The position numbers and the translations under genes are program-made. From Octopus sinensis (Eukaryota), in assembly GCF_006345805.1 (NCBI RefSeq), contig NC_042997.1:196044001-196108000 (forward strand): DNA of 64,000 nucleotides, given 5' to 3'. The notes beneath the pieces were generated by a model, which was given only the letters and a program-made list of their open reading frames with translations, was not told where the DNA came from and ran no database searches. Positions 51,041 to 64,000 of this stretch are shown here, one piece after another (positions within the stretch are counted from its first letter, which is position 1; each line of letters begins with the position of its first letter).

Positions 51041-51225
51041 TCAGTAGTTTTATTTTTATAGCGTGCTTTCACTTCACTACCGAGCACAGCTCTGTGTGCC
51101 TTGGGTATGTGCTGTGATTTGTTGTGATGCTCTGATGGTTATTGTATGGAAAGTGTTCTGCGTAGGATGTGTGCAGTGCCTAGTAGTGCAATTTTCTGTA
51201 TGTTATATGTGTTTGTAAGTCCTGG

Positions 51226-51228
<3 letters not shown>
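51041..51228 (-). mobile_element. Second, shorter copy of the same Dong-like 3' end
   Basis: Near-identical to 50360-50547; (TAA)n flanks. Confidence 0.88.
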
Positions 51229-51269
<41 letters not shown>

Positions 51270-51344
51270 TATTATTATTATAATTATTATTATTATTATT
51301 ATTATTAACATCATCATCATCATTATTATTATTATCATCATCAT

Positions 51345-51720
51345 AGGCGCAAAAGTGGCCGTGTGGTAAGTAGCTTGCTTACCAACCACATGGTTCCAGA
51401 TTCAGTCCCACTGCGTGGCATCTTGGGCAAGTGTCTCCCACTATAGCCTCGGGCCGACCAAAGCCTTGTGAGTGGATTTGGTAGACGGAAACTGAAGGAC
51501 GCCCGTCGTATATATATGTATGTGCGTGTATGTTTGTCCCCCTAGCATTGCTTGAGAACCGATGCTGGTGTGTTTACGTCCCGTCACTTAGCGGTTCGGC
51601 AAAAAGAGACCGATAGAATAAATACTAGGCTTACAAAGAATAAGTGCTCGACTAAAGGCGGTGCTCCAGCATGGCCGCAGTCAAATGACTGAAACAAGTA
51701 AAAAAGAGAGTAAAAGAGTA
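51345..51720 (+). mobile_element. SINE-A, full length
   Basis: Head-to-tail match. Confidence 0.92.
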
Positions 51721-51747
51721 TCATCATCATTATCATCGTCATTATTG

Positions 51748-51868
51748 AATGAGAGAACAACGCATGCCATGCAAGTGACACTGGGGTACAATTATACGAA
51801 GCCCAATATACCCATCATGACTACCCGTCTGATAAGGGTACACCAGGCATATGCATTACAACCCCATG
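51748..51868 (-). mobile_element. Element D short copy
   Basis: Matches 49681-49800. Confidence 0.8.
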
Positions 51869-52080
51869 TCATTATTATTATTATTATTACTACTTTTTTT
51901 CTTCTTTCAAATTTGCTTCTATTTCTTGCCGAGTGTCTTCCCGACTCCTAGGGCAAAGAAACTCATAGTATACATTGGTAGGCCATTAAACCAAACTCAA
52001 TAGTTCGTTCATTTTTTTTTATATTTTTTTTAAGTTAAATTAAATTAAATTTTTTAAAGTTATTATTATTATTATTATTA

Positions 52081-52113
<33 letters not shown>

Positions 52114-53212
52114 TGAGGCAGCGACAGGTTACACATTTTAGATGGATAATATAGTTGATTATATGATACCAAATATCTGTTATTGTACATACTGGAAGCT
52201 CAAATCATAGTCGAACAGGATATTTAAAATAGAAAGGGAAGCAACGTTACTTAAACTGTACACAGGATATTTTGGTTCACTATCATTTCTACTCTCCATT
52301 GCATAAAAAGCAAATTAAAGTTAATAAGAATAGTGTTTGATTTAATTTAAATACTTCAATCTAAAGCGAAGGTGTTGAAATTATGATGATATTTGTTTGA
52401 CAACTGATGTGGGGTGCAACATATCGGAACCCATAATATCTTTGTTTTACTCCTTTTTTGGTATGTTCTTTTGTTCTCCTCTAGGCCTCATTATTTCAGG
52501 CTGATCTACAGCGAGCTCCGTTAGTATAATATGATTTTCTTTTTCCTACAAAACTTCCGTTGGTTAAGAACGTTCACTAAAATATTTTATTCAGTAATTT
52601 TTTCATTTATACGAAAACATTTTTTATGCGACAACTTTTTTCATACGATAACATTTTTACTGTACGAAAACTTTTCAATAACGTGATTCTTTTTCTATTT
52701 TTTTGTGTGTGTAAATCTCACCTTGTGAAATCACACAATGATATTTTTACAGTAAATCTGTTATAGGAAAATATTTGTTATGTGAAAATATAATGCTGTA
52801 TCTTTATTTTCAAACATATAGATATGTAATAGAAATATTCACCTCCTGTACTAAAAAATAAACTTATTTTATTCAAATACACACACACATACACGCGTAT
52901 GGCGCGTATCAGTTCTTCTTACATTTCTGATGCGCGCGCTCGCGTGTGTGTGTTCCTACGTGCGTTCGTATCTACGTGTGAATGCGTGCGTGTGTAAGCA
53001 AATACAGGCAAAATATATCAGGCTAGACCAGTGAAAGTGTTTGATAATTCCTATGTTCCTCATCGGGAGACAGAAAATCTCTTGGATTAACAGTCCAATC
53101 TTCATTTATAGCTGTACCATGCTAATGAGAAAAGATGACGATGTTATTTTGCCAATGCTATATCCATACGACAGAGAATTTTAACAAAAAGCAGATGCAG
53201 CAAAGAGATGTT

Positions 53213-53590
53213 TCCGGTTTCGGTCCCACTGCGTGGCACCTTGGGTGAGAGTTTTCTACTATAGCCTCAGGCCGACCAAAGCATTGTGAGTGGATTTGGT
53301 AGACGGAAACTGAAAGAAGCCCGTCGTATATATTTATGTATATATGCGTGTGTGTGTGTATGGGTATACGTTTGTGTGTCTGTGTTTGTTCCCCCCCCCC
53401 CACGACATCGCTTGACAACCGAAGCTGGTGTGTTTACGTCCCCGAAACCTAGCGGTTCGGCAAAAAAGACCGATAGAATAAGAACTAGGCTTACAAAGAA
53501 TAGGTCCTGTGGTCGATTTGCTCGACTAAAGACGGTGCTCCAGCATGGCAACAGTCACATGACTGGAACAAAGTAAAAGAGTAAAAGAAT
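53213..53590 (+). mobile_element. SINE-A lacking its extreme 5' end
   Basis: From the B-box region to the tail. Confidence 0.9.
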
Positions 53591-53673
53591 AATGGTTCTA
53601 TTTCACTTCTTTTTGTCATTAGTTCGTCAACCAATGAATCTACTGAGAAACAAGAAAATACATCTAAATTTTA

Positions 53674-53845
53674 ATTTCAAATTTTGGCACAAGGCCAGCA
53701 ATTTCGGGAATGGGGTACATAATTCGATTACAACGACTCCAGTGCTCAAAAGGTACTCGACCCAGAAATGCAAAGCCCACCTCCACGGAACTTGAACTCA
53801 GAACGTAAAGACGGATGAAATGTTACTAAGCACTTTGCTCGCTGT
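53674..53845 (-). mobile_element. SINE-B with the alternative (non-Tx1) tail, decayed
   Basis: tttcaaattttggcacaaggccagcaattt tail and tgaactcagaacgtaaagacgg head. Confidence 0.7.
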
Positions 53846-53889
53846 GTAAAGATACAACTGTTTATTATTAACTGAAATCGTTTGAAGCA

Positions 53890-54096
53890 CAGTAATCCCT
53901 CGACTATCGCGGATATTACATTCCAAATGTCCCCACAGAAATCATAAAAATCTAAAAAAAGAAAGAATACCTATCGGCCGTAGAAGCCCGCGAAATACCG
54001 AGGAGTCCGCGATATAAATTTACAAGTATTTACCAGAAAAATCCGCGATGTACTGAGTGCACGATAGTTGAACCGCGATATGGCGAGGGATTACTG
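53890..54096. mobile_element. Tc1/mariner-superfamily (pogo/Tigger-like) MITE
   Basis: TIRs cagtaatccctcgactatcgcgg / ccgcgatatggcgagggattactg; TA on the right side. Confidence 0.82.
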
Positions 54097-54811
54097 TATA
54101 GATTCTTAAACTAGATATTTTCTATGTTTTCTATATGATCTTTGTTTCCCTCTTTAGCTTTCTGTTTACTGTAACGCTCTTTTCTTCCTTCCATCTTTTT
54201 CTCCTTTCTTTCTTTTTCTCTTTCTCTCTCCCATTTTCCGAAGATATATAAAAATTTCATTATTCTCCTTCCCGTAGTTAATTTCTGCAGTTTAATTACT
54301 CATCTGCAGGTTAATTACTTGGTACCCACATAGCTGACAACAATAATTTTAATTCGTTCGTATTACTTTTCAACTTAAATTTAACACACATATATCCTAC
54401 GAATAGGTTGCTAGTTTCTTAGGTCATACTAGAGAACATCCCACAATAGTTTAGTTGCCTACTAAATTACACCAACGATGGCTCCACTAAAATATACTAT
54501 ATACTATCAATTTCACATAACATTTATAAATTTATTAGCGCATGTTACATTAATATCAATCTACAGAAAATCATTATCCAGACCCTTAAAGAAAAGTCTA
54601 AGTAAACTCATACCCTCTGATATAGAGAAATAGTACGATGTTTAAATAGCTGTCATAAATATGGCTATGAAGTATATTTTCTCGGCCTGTATGTATTTAT
54701 GCCAACAGCCAAACATATTGGCAATATATTCTCATGCGCACTGGTTCCATATAAGTCTTCCATACATGTTTATGACAAGCAAAACAGGCCTGCACATTTT
54801 CGTGTGTGTAC

Positions 54812-54895
<84 letters not shown>

Positions 54896-56625
54896 GTGTG
54901 TGTATATATATATGTATATATACACATATATATACATACACATATATATACATATATATATAAACAAACTTATATATATATATATACATACATATATATA
55001 TATATGTATAGGTATGTATAAAAGCATAAATATATCTACATATATATATATGTATCTATAAGTAAGTGCATGTGTGTGTACTTACATATAAACCTACATT
55101 CATGTATGTACGGTAATAGTAGTAACGATATGAGGAAACGATGCTTAATACTGTAGAGTATTTATTGAATATTTGGTCGTTGGAAACCAATGCCGATGGC
55201 AACTTACCTTTTTCTTACTCGAAAAATACGCAAATTTCCTTGGGCTCGCCATGTGTGTGAGGGACGGAGCATACGTGTGAGGGAAATTATATATTTGTTT
55301 TGTTTCTTTTTTTTCATTTGCATTGCCTTGAGCTATTCGGGTGCGTCCACGCTAGTTTGTAGGATATAAATCCATATGTATACTTCCTCAAATCATATAG
55401 AACGATAAAGCTAGTATATGCGACACAGCCGAACCTATATATACTAATATGCAAACACTATATATATATATATATATATATACATACATACTTATATATG
55501 AATAGGGATATAGATGATCAAACATGTACATATACGCACATATACATATACTTTCACTCTCTTACACACACACAGATATATATTAATACTTACACAGTAC
55601 GTTTAGCATATTCTATTTCTCTCGAGGTTTACCAAACGGTTTCGCGTGCGATTTATGGCAAAACGCAATCCTGGCGATCATCAGAAAGGCTGCTAGGAAA
55701 AGTATGGCGACGGCTCTGTACTGCTAGAGTGCAAGATGCGTTAACATCTGGCTTATGGGCATTGTGAAAAACAGGGATGGAAAAAACAAATTTGGAAAAT
55801 TTCAGAGGGAAATTCACCTAGACTTATGCGCGTCTTGAACAAGTGTCGGCGTGTCTTCACTGTGCCTAAAGAGAGAATTGGGGCTTTGCTGTTGGATGTA
55901 TGGGATTAATGTCCATGCAGAGAAGAGACTAGGAAACGTAGATGGGGTGTGTTTCGAAACTAAAAGTCATGTGTGAATAAGTACCTATATGTACGTGCAT
56001 GCTTTTATGTAATGCATGTAGCCAATTTTGTACTGAGCCTTACAGACTGTAGTATTAGGAACAGATTAATGTCGGAAGCCCAGGTGTTTATAATTAGGGT
56101 GCATGCCACTGACATCTCCTAGCTATACCTAAACCGACGCCTCTTTAAGCTAAAAGCAAAATTTTCCGGTCTTGACCACATGAAAACAGATACGTTCTCG
56201 GAAACTGCGCGCTAAACTATTCTTTTCTTCTTGTGCGACGGCTCGATAATGTATAGTGAAAATACTTAACAAATGCGACAATTGCAGTCTATATTGTGAG
56301 GAGTCCAATGTTGATATTCAATATATCTGATGATGTCCTTTAATTGTATCACAAATATTGCTTTTGTTGCTCATTTTGCATTGGATTTAAGCTGTCAAGT
56401 ACTTTTATACGCTACCTTAAGTTCACCGACGAATATTTTGTGAGAAAGTTATTGCTGCACTTAGTCTTTCCAACTACGGCCTTACTTGGGGTAAAGCCGT
56501 GATTGGTTTAGTCGGACTAACTGACCGAAATACATATTTGTTTCACGTTTTGCACGTTTTCTATCGATCTCGGTTTAGTTAAGGGGATGTAAACCAACTC
56601 CGGTTCTCAAGCAGAGTGGAGACAA

Positions 56626-56674
<49 letters not shown>

Positions 56675-56904
56675 CTCTCTCTCTCTCTCTCATTTATTCT
56701 CATGTTTAGTTCATTCTCATGAACTAAACACAGCAGGAGGAAATAGGTAGAGTGGAAAGTTGGTGAAGAGGTCACAGGTGTGTGACGCGAAATATCCAGA
56801 TAATAGAAGTAAGAACAGTAATAAAGAAGGGGTGAACGAATATATAGTGCATGCTTTTATTTGGCAAGAGAAAAATGACCATCTCGAAATATAACAATAT
56901 ATAT

Positions 56905-56971
<67 letters not shown>

Positions 56972-56991
56972 CAGTGAGATAGATAGATATG

Positions 56992-57187
56992 TACCGGAGT
57001 AAGCACATAAATGTGAAACAAGATGGATGCTTTATTTAAAAGTATCAGAAATATAACAAATGGTGTTACTCCGTGTTTAACGTTCCCGTTTGTCGGACAG
57101 TTTTGCTAAAATAGCAAAATTGTCCGACGAACGGGACCGTGAAACTCTGAGTAACAGCTTTTGTTATACTTCTGCTGCTTTTAACTT
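56992..57187 (-). mobile_element. Second copy of the fold-back hammerhead element (family of 2385-2615)
   Basis: Same tail (ccggagtaa.cacataaatgtgaaacaag) in opposite orientation; arm motif CCGACGA-ACG ggac CGT-GAAA-CTCTGAG-TA-acag at 57124-57157. Confidence 0.75.
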
Positions 57188-57188
57188 A

Positions 57189-57224
<36 letters not shown>

Positions 57225-57228
<4 letters not shown>

Positions 57229-57545
57229 TAACCTCTCGAAAGAGCTGTTCTTCACTCCTGCTCCAGAGCGTGGGCTGCGGGGTCACTCCGAAAAGCTCTA
57301 TCTACGACGATTTCATGTCAATCGAAGGAGAAGGGCTTTCTTCGTCCGGGTTGCGGATCCGTGAAATAAGCCGCAGGACGAGATAGTGAAGATGCCGACG
57401 ACCGCTCGGTTCACAGTCTCTCATGACCAGAAATGGCCTGAACTCTTTGTATGACCACCCTCTCTGTACATAACTCCCTGTCCACCTACAAGGCCTTGCT
57501 TTTGCTTTTTGAGCCCAAAAAAATTAAATTTAAATTAAATTTAAA
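57225..57545 (+). mobile_element. CR1-clade LINE 3' end
   Basis: LRGHSEKLY..RRRAFFVRVADP*NKP.DEIV resembles TRGH..KL..FFS.RV..WN.LP..VV; UTR ggccttgcttttgctttttgagcc plus (aattt)n tail. Confidence 0.78.
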
Positions 57546-57595
57546 ATATATGCAATAATAATTCTCTAAACGAGATATAGACAGTAACTGCTCCA

Positions 57596-57937
57596 TAACA
57601 TAAGGGACATTAGCCATTTGAATGTGGCTAGGGACAGGGCAGGGCGGTGGGGGTGTTACTGGTGCATTTAGCCCCAGGCGATCATCAACGTCACCAGATA
57701 GGCTGTTTGGTTTCAGTCCCACGGAGTTTGGCATCTTGGACAAGTGTTTACTACTAAAGCCCCGAGCCGACTGGCGCCTTGGAGCCGACTGGTGCCGACT
57801 GGTGCCTAGAGGACACCGTGATGGTGTCAGCCTATCTGGTGACGTTGATGATCGCCTGGGGCTAAATGCATCAGTAACACCCCCGCCGCCCTGCCCTGTC
57901 CCTAGCCACATTCAAATGGCTAATGTCCCTTATGTTA
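57596..57937. mobile_element. GC-rich fold-back element with ~110-bp near-perfect inverted arms
   Basis: Arms 57596-57705 and 57828-57937 differ at only a few bases; possible TA duplication; spacer copies nearby DNA. Confidence 0.8.
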
Positions 57938-58139
57938 AAATATATGGATATTGTGAAACAAAAAAAAACAAATTTGGAAAATTTCAGAAGGGAATTCACC
58001 TAGACTTATGTCTTGAACAAGTATCGACGTGTCTTCACTGTGCGTGGAGAGTAATGTAGGGCTTTGCTGATGGTTGTGTGGGATTGATGTCCATGCAGGG
58101 AAGGAGCCAGGAAACGTACATGACGAACGTGCGCACAGT

Positions 58140-58280
58140 TTCTGTCTGCTTAATTCACTCCCAAGGCACCAGTCGGTTCGGGGCTTTAGTAGAAAACACT
58201 TGTCCAAGATGCCAAACGCCGCGGGACTGAAACCAAATCCTCATAGCTCTGAAACAAACTTCTTTACCAAACAGCTACGG
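58140..58280 (-). mobile_element. SINE-A head, decayed
   Basis: acacttgtccaagatgcc..gggactgaaacc..ctttacca. Confidence 0.65.
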
Positions 58281-59305
58281 CTACACATCAACTTCATATC
58301 ACTTTTCTGATGAAAATTCACTAATTGATAAAAGAAAAAAACATGCGTACCCGGACTTACTCTGAATAAGCAAATTAAAGAAATATTACTAAAAACTGCT
58401 TTTTAGATAGTTCCCAGACATTTAATATCCCCCTGCTGTCTTCTCTTCTAGGAACACGCAGTGGTTGGCTGCAAGACATACAGTGAATGATGTCGGTGTC
58501 TCATATTACACTTTAAGGATATTAATGTACCATTATTGTTATCGTTATTCTTAGTTATTGCTCATTTTTATCATTATTCATTATAGATATTGTTGCTTTT
58601 CACTTACTCGGCGTAATTCGACGTCCATAAAACTCAGCACTATTCCTGCAGGCACTGTTATATTACTTTTTGTTGTTCTTATTGATTTGCCGTTGTTGTT
58701 GTTGTTCTTGACGGTGGTGGTGGTGGTGGTGGTTTTGGAGGAGGATGTGGTGCTATTGTTTTTGGTGGTAGTGTTGTTGTTGTTGTTGTTGTTGTTGTTG
58801 ATGTTGCCGGTGGTGGTGGTGGTGGTGGGGTGTTTTGGGAGGTGGATATGGTGCTGTTGTTGGTGGTCGTAGTGTGTTGTTGCTGTTGTTGTTGTTGCTG
58901 CTGTTCTTGTTGTTGTTGTTGTTGGTGGTTGTGGTGGTGGTAGTGGTGGTGACTACGTTGTTGTAGGTGCTGTTGCTGTTGAGCGAATCGGTCTTCGTCC
59001 CATTAGTGGGAGAAGTCCGAAACCTGGTCCTTTGCTATTCGTAAGACCCGCAGAAGAGAAAGCAGGTCAACCCCACCGACACCGAGAGCATCGACGGACG
59101 GATGAATGCGCATCCAGGCTCAGCGGTTGCGTAGGAAGGTGGGGTATTGGTGCTGTTTTTGTGCTTGCAGATGCCAGCCTTTCTTGACGTCCTTCCTCAT
59201 TGGTCTATTAAACAATCTCTAACTATCCCGCTAAACTTTAAACATTGCACTTGTCATAGATATATTTTTATTACGCTGTTATTATTTTGTCGTTGCCATT
59301 TTTGC

Positions 59306-59350
<45 letters not shown>

Positions 59351-59357
59351 CATTATT

Positions 59358-59392
<35 letters not shown>

Positions 59393-59461
59393 TATTATTA
59401 TTATTATCATCATCATCATTATTATTATCATCATCATCATCATTATTATTATTATTATTAT

Positions 59462-59498
<37 letters not shown>

Positions 59499-59539
59499 TC
59501 TATTGTTGTTGTTGTTATTATTATTATTACTATTATTAT

Positions 59540-59820
59540 TGAGTAAGAGAGCAGTGCATGCCATCAAAGTGACACTGGGGGTAAAATATACTAAGTCCAA
59601 TATACCCATCATGACTACCCGTCTGATAATGGTACACCAGGTACATGCATCTCAACCATATGTGCGCGACATGGTGATCTCATATCAAGATAAGCAGCAC
59701 ATGACCTTGCAGGTGGGGCCCAGTTAGAATTTTCTTCTGGTCGAGTAACCCATCCCGCTCAAAAGGACCCTGAATAAAGGTTGTTTAAGGATGTTGAACG
59801 AAACACCCATGTTTCCAGAT
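59540..59820 (-). mobile_element. Element D medium copy
   Basis: Matches 49681-49960; preceded by (ATT)n. Confidence 0.85.
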
Positions 59821-59879
59821 AGACCGAGAGCCAGTCCTGATTTGATTTGACTTGAAGCTCCAAAATATTTGCAGGGCAC

Positions 59880-60880
59880 AATATGTGTACAAATGGTCCT
59901 AACACCATGAAACGTGATTCTTAAGTATGCTTAGGTACGGATTACTTAATTATGAGATAATCAACTTGCGTAAATAATTAATTTAATTAGACTTTAAGCT
60001 CCAGTAATGAATTACATTGACTATTATTCCTTAGACACAAATGATACTTTAATGAAAAATTAAGAAAAAAAAACGGGTATGGAAAAACAAATTAAGAAAT
60101 TTTAATTAGACACGTAATTAGGAATAAGTTAGTGTTTCTGCTTCAGTGTCAATTACTTCGTAGAAATGTTCACTAAACCTAGCCGAATCTATTCATGTCA
60201 CTTAAGAACCATTTTAGGTATGGATTTCTAATTTATGAAGCATTTTCTACTAATCACTATACGCTAATTAGGATGAAACATAGAGAAACACTGTTTCCAA
60301 GTTACGTGATGAATGCAACATAGAAACATGTCTTAGACTCAGTTGACATGGAAGGAAGAAATTAAGAAACATTCCATTTATTGGAAGACAATAAGAAATC
60401 TTTAATTAGATCTTAATTAGGTCTTAATTAGACTTTCTGCTCCGGTGTAAATTCTTTCACAAAGATATTCGGCTCGTCCCACTGAATATAATTATAGCAT
60501 GTAAGAATGATAGGTATGGATACCTAATTTAAGAAGCATTTTGACTGATTAACATATCCTCCTCTATTGAATATGGAAAAACACCTTTAACTGAAAAAAT
60601 TTTGACTTTCCATTGCATAGCATTGGAATCCTTCCGCCATTACTGATACTGACTTCTGTCAACGTATAATGCATGTCGCTTTCCTTCATTCGAATAAAAT
60701 TTATTTTTAAAGCAGTAATTTTTCTCTTAAAGATGACTTGTCCCGTCAAAAACTTCACAAAAATGGAAACTGACTGTAACAAACAAAAAATGGATTAAAA
60801 CTACAACAAAGGGCAACTGTCCCCTTGGGCAAAAATGTCACATAAATGCAAACTGGCTATTAGAAACCAAAGACGCATTG
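59880..60880. mobile_element. Probable non-coding terminal region of the adjacent DNA transposon, with a diverged internal direct repeat
   Basis: 60090-60257 resembles 60390-60553; recurring taattag motif; abuts the transposase fragment. Confidence 0.4.
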
Positions 60881-60887
60881 AAACGTT

Positions 60888-62200
60888 CTAAAATAATCTG
60901 GACTGCATTGCCTTGGAAAACTTGGGTGATATCTGGTCTGGTCCTACTATGGTGAAGGTAATCTCCGTGTCACCTCTGCATCCACGTTCAGCATCTTTGA
61001 TGGAAGGTGACCGTTGTGTGTCGAACACAATGTCAACACGTTGGCGACTTATTACTGCACATAAGCCAAGGATTGTCCGAGCCAATCCGCCGAATGTCTT
61101 TGATATTTTGGATGGCATGACCTGCAATAAAAAGTTCCCGTCGATCACTGAAGGCGTTTGGCTGCTTGGTTGAAGAACTTCCCCTGCGCGGCTCTCGAGA
61201 TATCTGAACAACTTGCTTTTATCGGTTTTCGTCATTGTACTGTCGCTGCAACAGAGCGCCAACGGAACATACATAATTGGGTATATGAGAACATACTTGA
61301 GATCCAATTTCTCTTTCGCTGAGATGATCGACATCCTACCCATCAAGTCACGCGTGTATTTCATTCGTTGCAATCTTTTGTTCATTGATCGTCGATTTCC
61401 AACGCTATCACTTGCGAAGGTTTTAATCTTTATCTTTCGCAGTGGCTTTTCGAATCGTGCTGGGTTTTCGAGGCATCCCGCAACGAATGTTTCGTGCATG
61501 TTTCTGCCAGTAGCTAGAACATCGAGCAGACTTCCCTTCACATTTTCTCTGCATGCCTTTCTCGTATGTATGTTGATCACGTCAGTGGTGTTCGTAAGGG
61601 TGAAAGTGTTCCAGGATTTTTCTCTCTGCGCGATCATTTTTTCCAAATCTGACCGGTCTCGCTTGACTCCTGCCGGTCGCTGCTCAGCTGCAGTTGATTC
61701 TGTGGTGCCTGTCCCTGCCGTCTCCATCAGATCAGTGCCAATAGCAGATCGACATGACTTGGTGAACATCCAACGAATTCTGGCTGTATAGTTGTTCGTC
61801 ATAGCTGACATCCCCGTGAGCGGAGAAGCATCATCAGCATTGATTGTCTGTTCCAGTGTTAGATCGAATTACTGGTTCTACACATAGTGAACCCTACATG
61901 GCCTTGCTTTTTGCTTTTTGAACCAAAAAATTAACTTAACTTAACTGAACCCACTACGATCAAGCAAGCCTCTTAATCCAGGCTGTGTCTTGTCTATGTT
62001 CATAAGATCTAGCTGGTACTTCATCATATACCTAGCGTAGTTCTATCGATCGGTTGCGAACAGCAGAGAGGTGATCGGAGTGAGAGCGTCTATAAAGAAG
62101 TCAACATCGTTTGTTCTGATGGCATGATTGAGTACATGATTATCATGCATTCTTTCGATGTAATCCATCCAGAATTGAGCGGTAGATCATCGAGCTTATT
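60888..62200 (-). pseudogene. Academ-like transposase/XPG-type nuclease fragment
   Basis: AIRTND..LFA..NYARY..DL, DLTLEQTINAD, TKTDKSKL, VIDG.FLL, RVDIVFD..SIKDAER. The 307-aa frame 60888-61811 is truncated; stops and an insertion lie upstream. Superfamily assignment is from motif recall. Confidence 0.65.
61896..61945 (+). mobile_element. Extreme 3' stub of the CR1 family at 57225, inserted in the transposase
   Basis: ggccttgctttttgctttttgaaccaaaaaattaacttaacttaac; tgaaccc on both sides. Confidence 0.65.
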
Positions 62201-62234
62201 GTTATTGTTATCACCATCATTATCATTATTATCA

Positions 62235-62292
<58 letters not shown>

Positions 62293-62294
<2 letters not shown>

Positions 62295-62412
62295 TGTTTG
62301 ACTTTTGCTTTATATTTGTACAAGTTGGCTCCAAGTCTCACCCAGAGACTTCAAGAGACAACAGGTTGGAAGTTCACGTTGTTGTTATGCCTAGTGTGCC
62401 ATATATTTGGGC
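62293..62412 (-). mobile_element. Probable LINE 3' stub in a (TAA)n array
   Basis: Unique ~120-bp island between (ATT)n runs, same context as the Dong-like 3' ends; no coding motif confirmed. Confidence 0.35.
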
Positions 62413-62443
62413 TTTTTTGTTGTTATTATTATTTTTTTTATTG

Positions 62444-62501
<58 letters not shown>

Positions 62502-62527
62502 GATTATTAATATTTTCATCATCATCA

Positions 62528-62585
<58 letters not shown>

Positions 62586-63065
62586 CATTATTATCATTAT
62601 TATTTTCATAATTGTTATTATTATTATTATTGTTGTTGTTGTTGCTAATTTTGCTATAGTTGTTTTATTATTCTCTACCAACTTCCAGCACACTCCCATT
62701 TTTTCCTCATTTTCTGCTATTTTTTCTTTTGACCCTTATAATTTAACTGTCCGTCTTATACCTATAATAATTCAATATCATTTCTCTTGTATCTGCATTA
62801 CAGTCATCGGCGCCGCCGCCGTAACCACCGCTGCAACCACCGCAGCTAACGTCGTCGTCGTCGTCATCATTGCATTCCTTCCTACCATCATCAACTTCAT
62901 AATCGTTCTCCTCCTCCTCATCATCATCATCATCGCCATTGGTCATTGTCTTCATCATTATCTCCGTTGTTAATATATTCATCGTCCCCTTCTTCTGCCT
63001 CCTCCGCTCCATTATCATCATCGTAGTCAATATCATCATCATCATCATCATCATCATCGTCATCG

Positions 63066-63101
<36 letters not shown>

Positions 63102-63110
63102 CGTCATCGG
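62413..63110. repeat. Degenerate (ATT)/(ATC)/(GTC) trinucleotide repeat field
   Basis: Direct reading. Confidence 0.9.
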
Positions 63111-63744
63111 CATCGCTACCTGAGATACTATTCCCATCACCACCACCACTATTGTCAGCTGCATCGGCACCACAGTCCCTCCACCACCTTCACAACAATG
63201 ATTACTCTATTTAAATACAATAAACTCTTTGTACTGCAACGACGACGGTGTGTGTGCGTGTGTGTGTGTATGTGTGTGTGTGTGTGTGTGCCTGTATTTT
63301 TGTTGTTGTAGGTACATATAAGATGTCAGCATATTTACTTTCACTACCCCCACAACCACCACCATCACCTCCTTACACACCCTCCACACCGAGCCCGCTG
63401 TTTAATAAATCGAAACGACTAAAGACAAGGGCACAACAATATATGTCATCAATTAACCCCCGGCAGTAAATAAGATTAAAGGCCAGTTAAAGAGAATTTG
63501 ATCTGATTGAAGTCTCGAACGGAATCTTTAACAGCTTGTAATCGGCCATGAATGTCTTCTGAAGATGTCTGCGAGATAGGAAGGAAGAAAGGCAAGACTG
63601 GAAGGAAAGGTAAAGATCTATAGATCTATAGTGGTAAGAATGGTCATAGCACCTGATTTCTAAGAATGCTAATCTAAGATTAATAAAACACCAAAGTACT
63701 AAATACCCTACTAAGGGCCACAAAATAAACACACTCACTTATAA

Positions 63745-63801
63745 ATATATATATATATATATACAAATATATATATGTATATTTGTATGTATATATCTAT
63801 G

Positions 63802-63845
<44 letters not shown>

Positions 63846-63874
63846 TATATATATATATATAAATGTGTATATTT

Positions 63875-63908
<34 letters not shown>

Positions 63909-64000
63909 CTATATATATATGAAATATATATATATATGTATATATATATATATTATATATATATATATATATCTATATATATATATATATATATATATAT
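63745..64000. repeat. (TA)n microsatellite
   Basis: Direct reading. Confidence 0.95.

Noticed and set aside
57486-58059. Mirror-image ORFs of 141 and 145 aa on opposite strands
   Set aside because: A by-product of the GC-rich inverted repeat; no protein motifs.
61213-61791. 192-aa plus-strand ORF
   Set aside because: Antisense shadow of the transposase frame.

Overview
AT-rich, microsatellite-saturated animal DNA with no long intact host ORF and one 100-N assembly gap (14835-14934). The repeat content suggests a coleoid cephalopod, most likely Octopus (inference, not proven). It contains many copies of three tRNA-derived SINE families (labelled A, B, C here) and decayed LINEs (Tx1/L1-like, R4/Dong-like, CR1-group, RTE). 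It also holds two Penelope-like GIY-YIG fragments, Tc1/mariner remnants and MITEs, a Helitron helicase remnant, a Merlin-like MITE and an Academ-like transposase fragment. Most ORFs in the supplied track are microsatellite artefacts. Four signals stand out. (1) About a dozen minimal hammerhead-ribozyme motifs occur, several in small fold-back elements that carry one hammerhead per strand. (2) SINE-B shares its 3' tail with a Tx1-like LINE and forms arrays joined at two fixed positions in its own head; SINE-A shares its tail with a CR1-group LINE. (3) Retroelement families appear partitioned by simple-repeat target: (TA)n, (TAA)n and (GATA)n. (4) A low-confidence chain of small plus-strand exon candidates may belong to an unidentified host gene. 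All structures and translations were read by eye, and coordinates of decayed elements are approximate.
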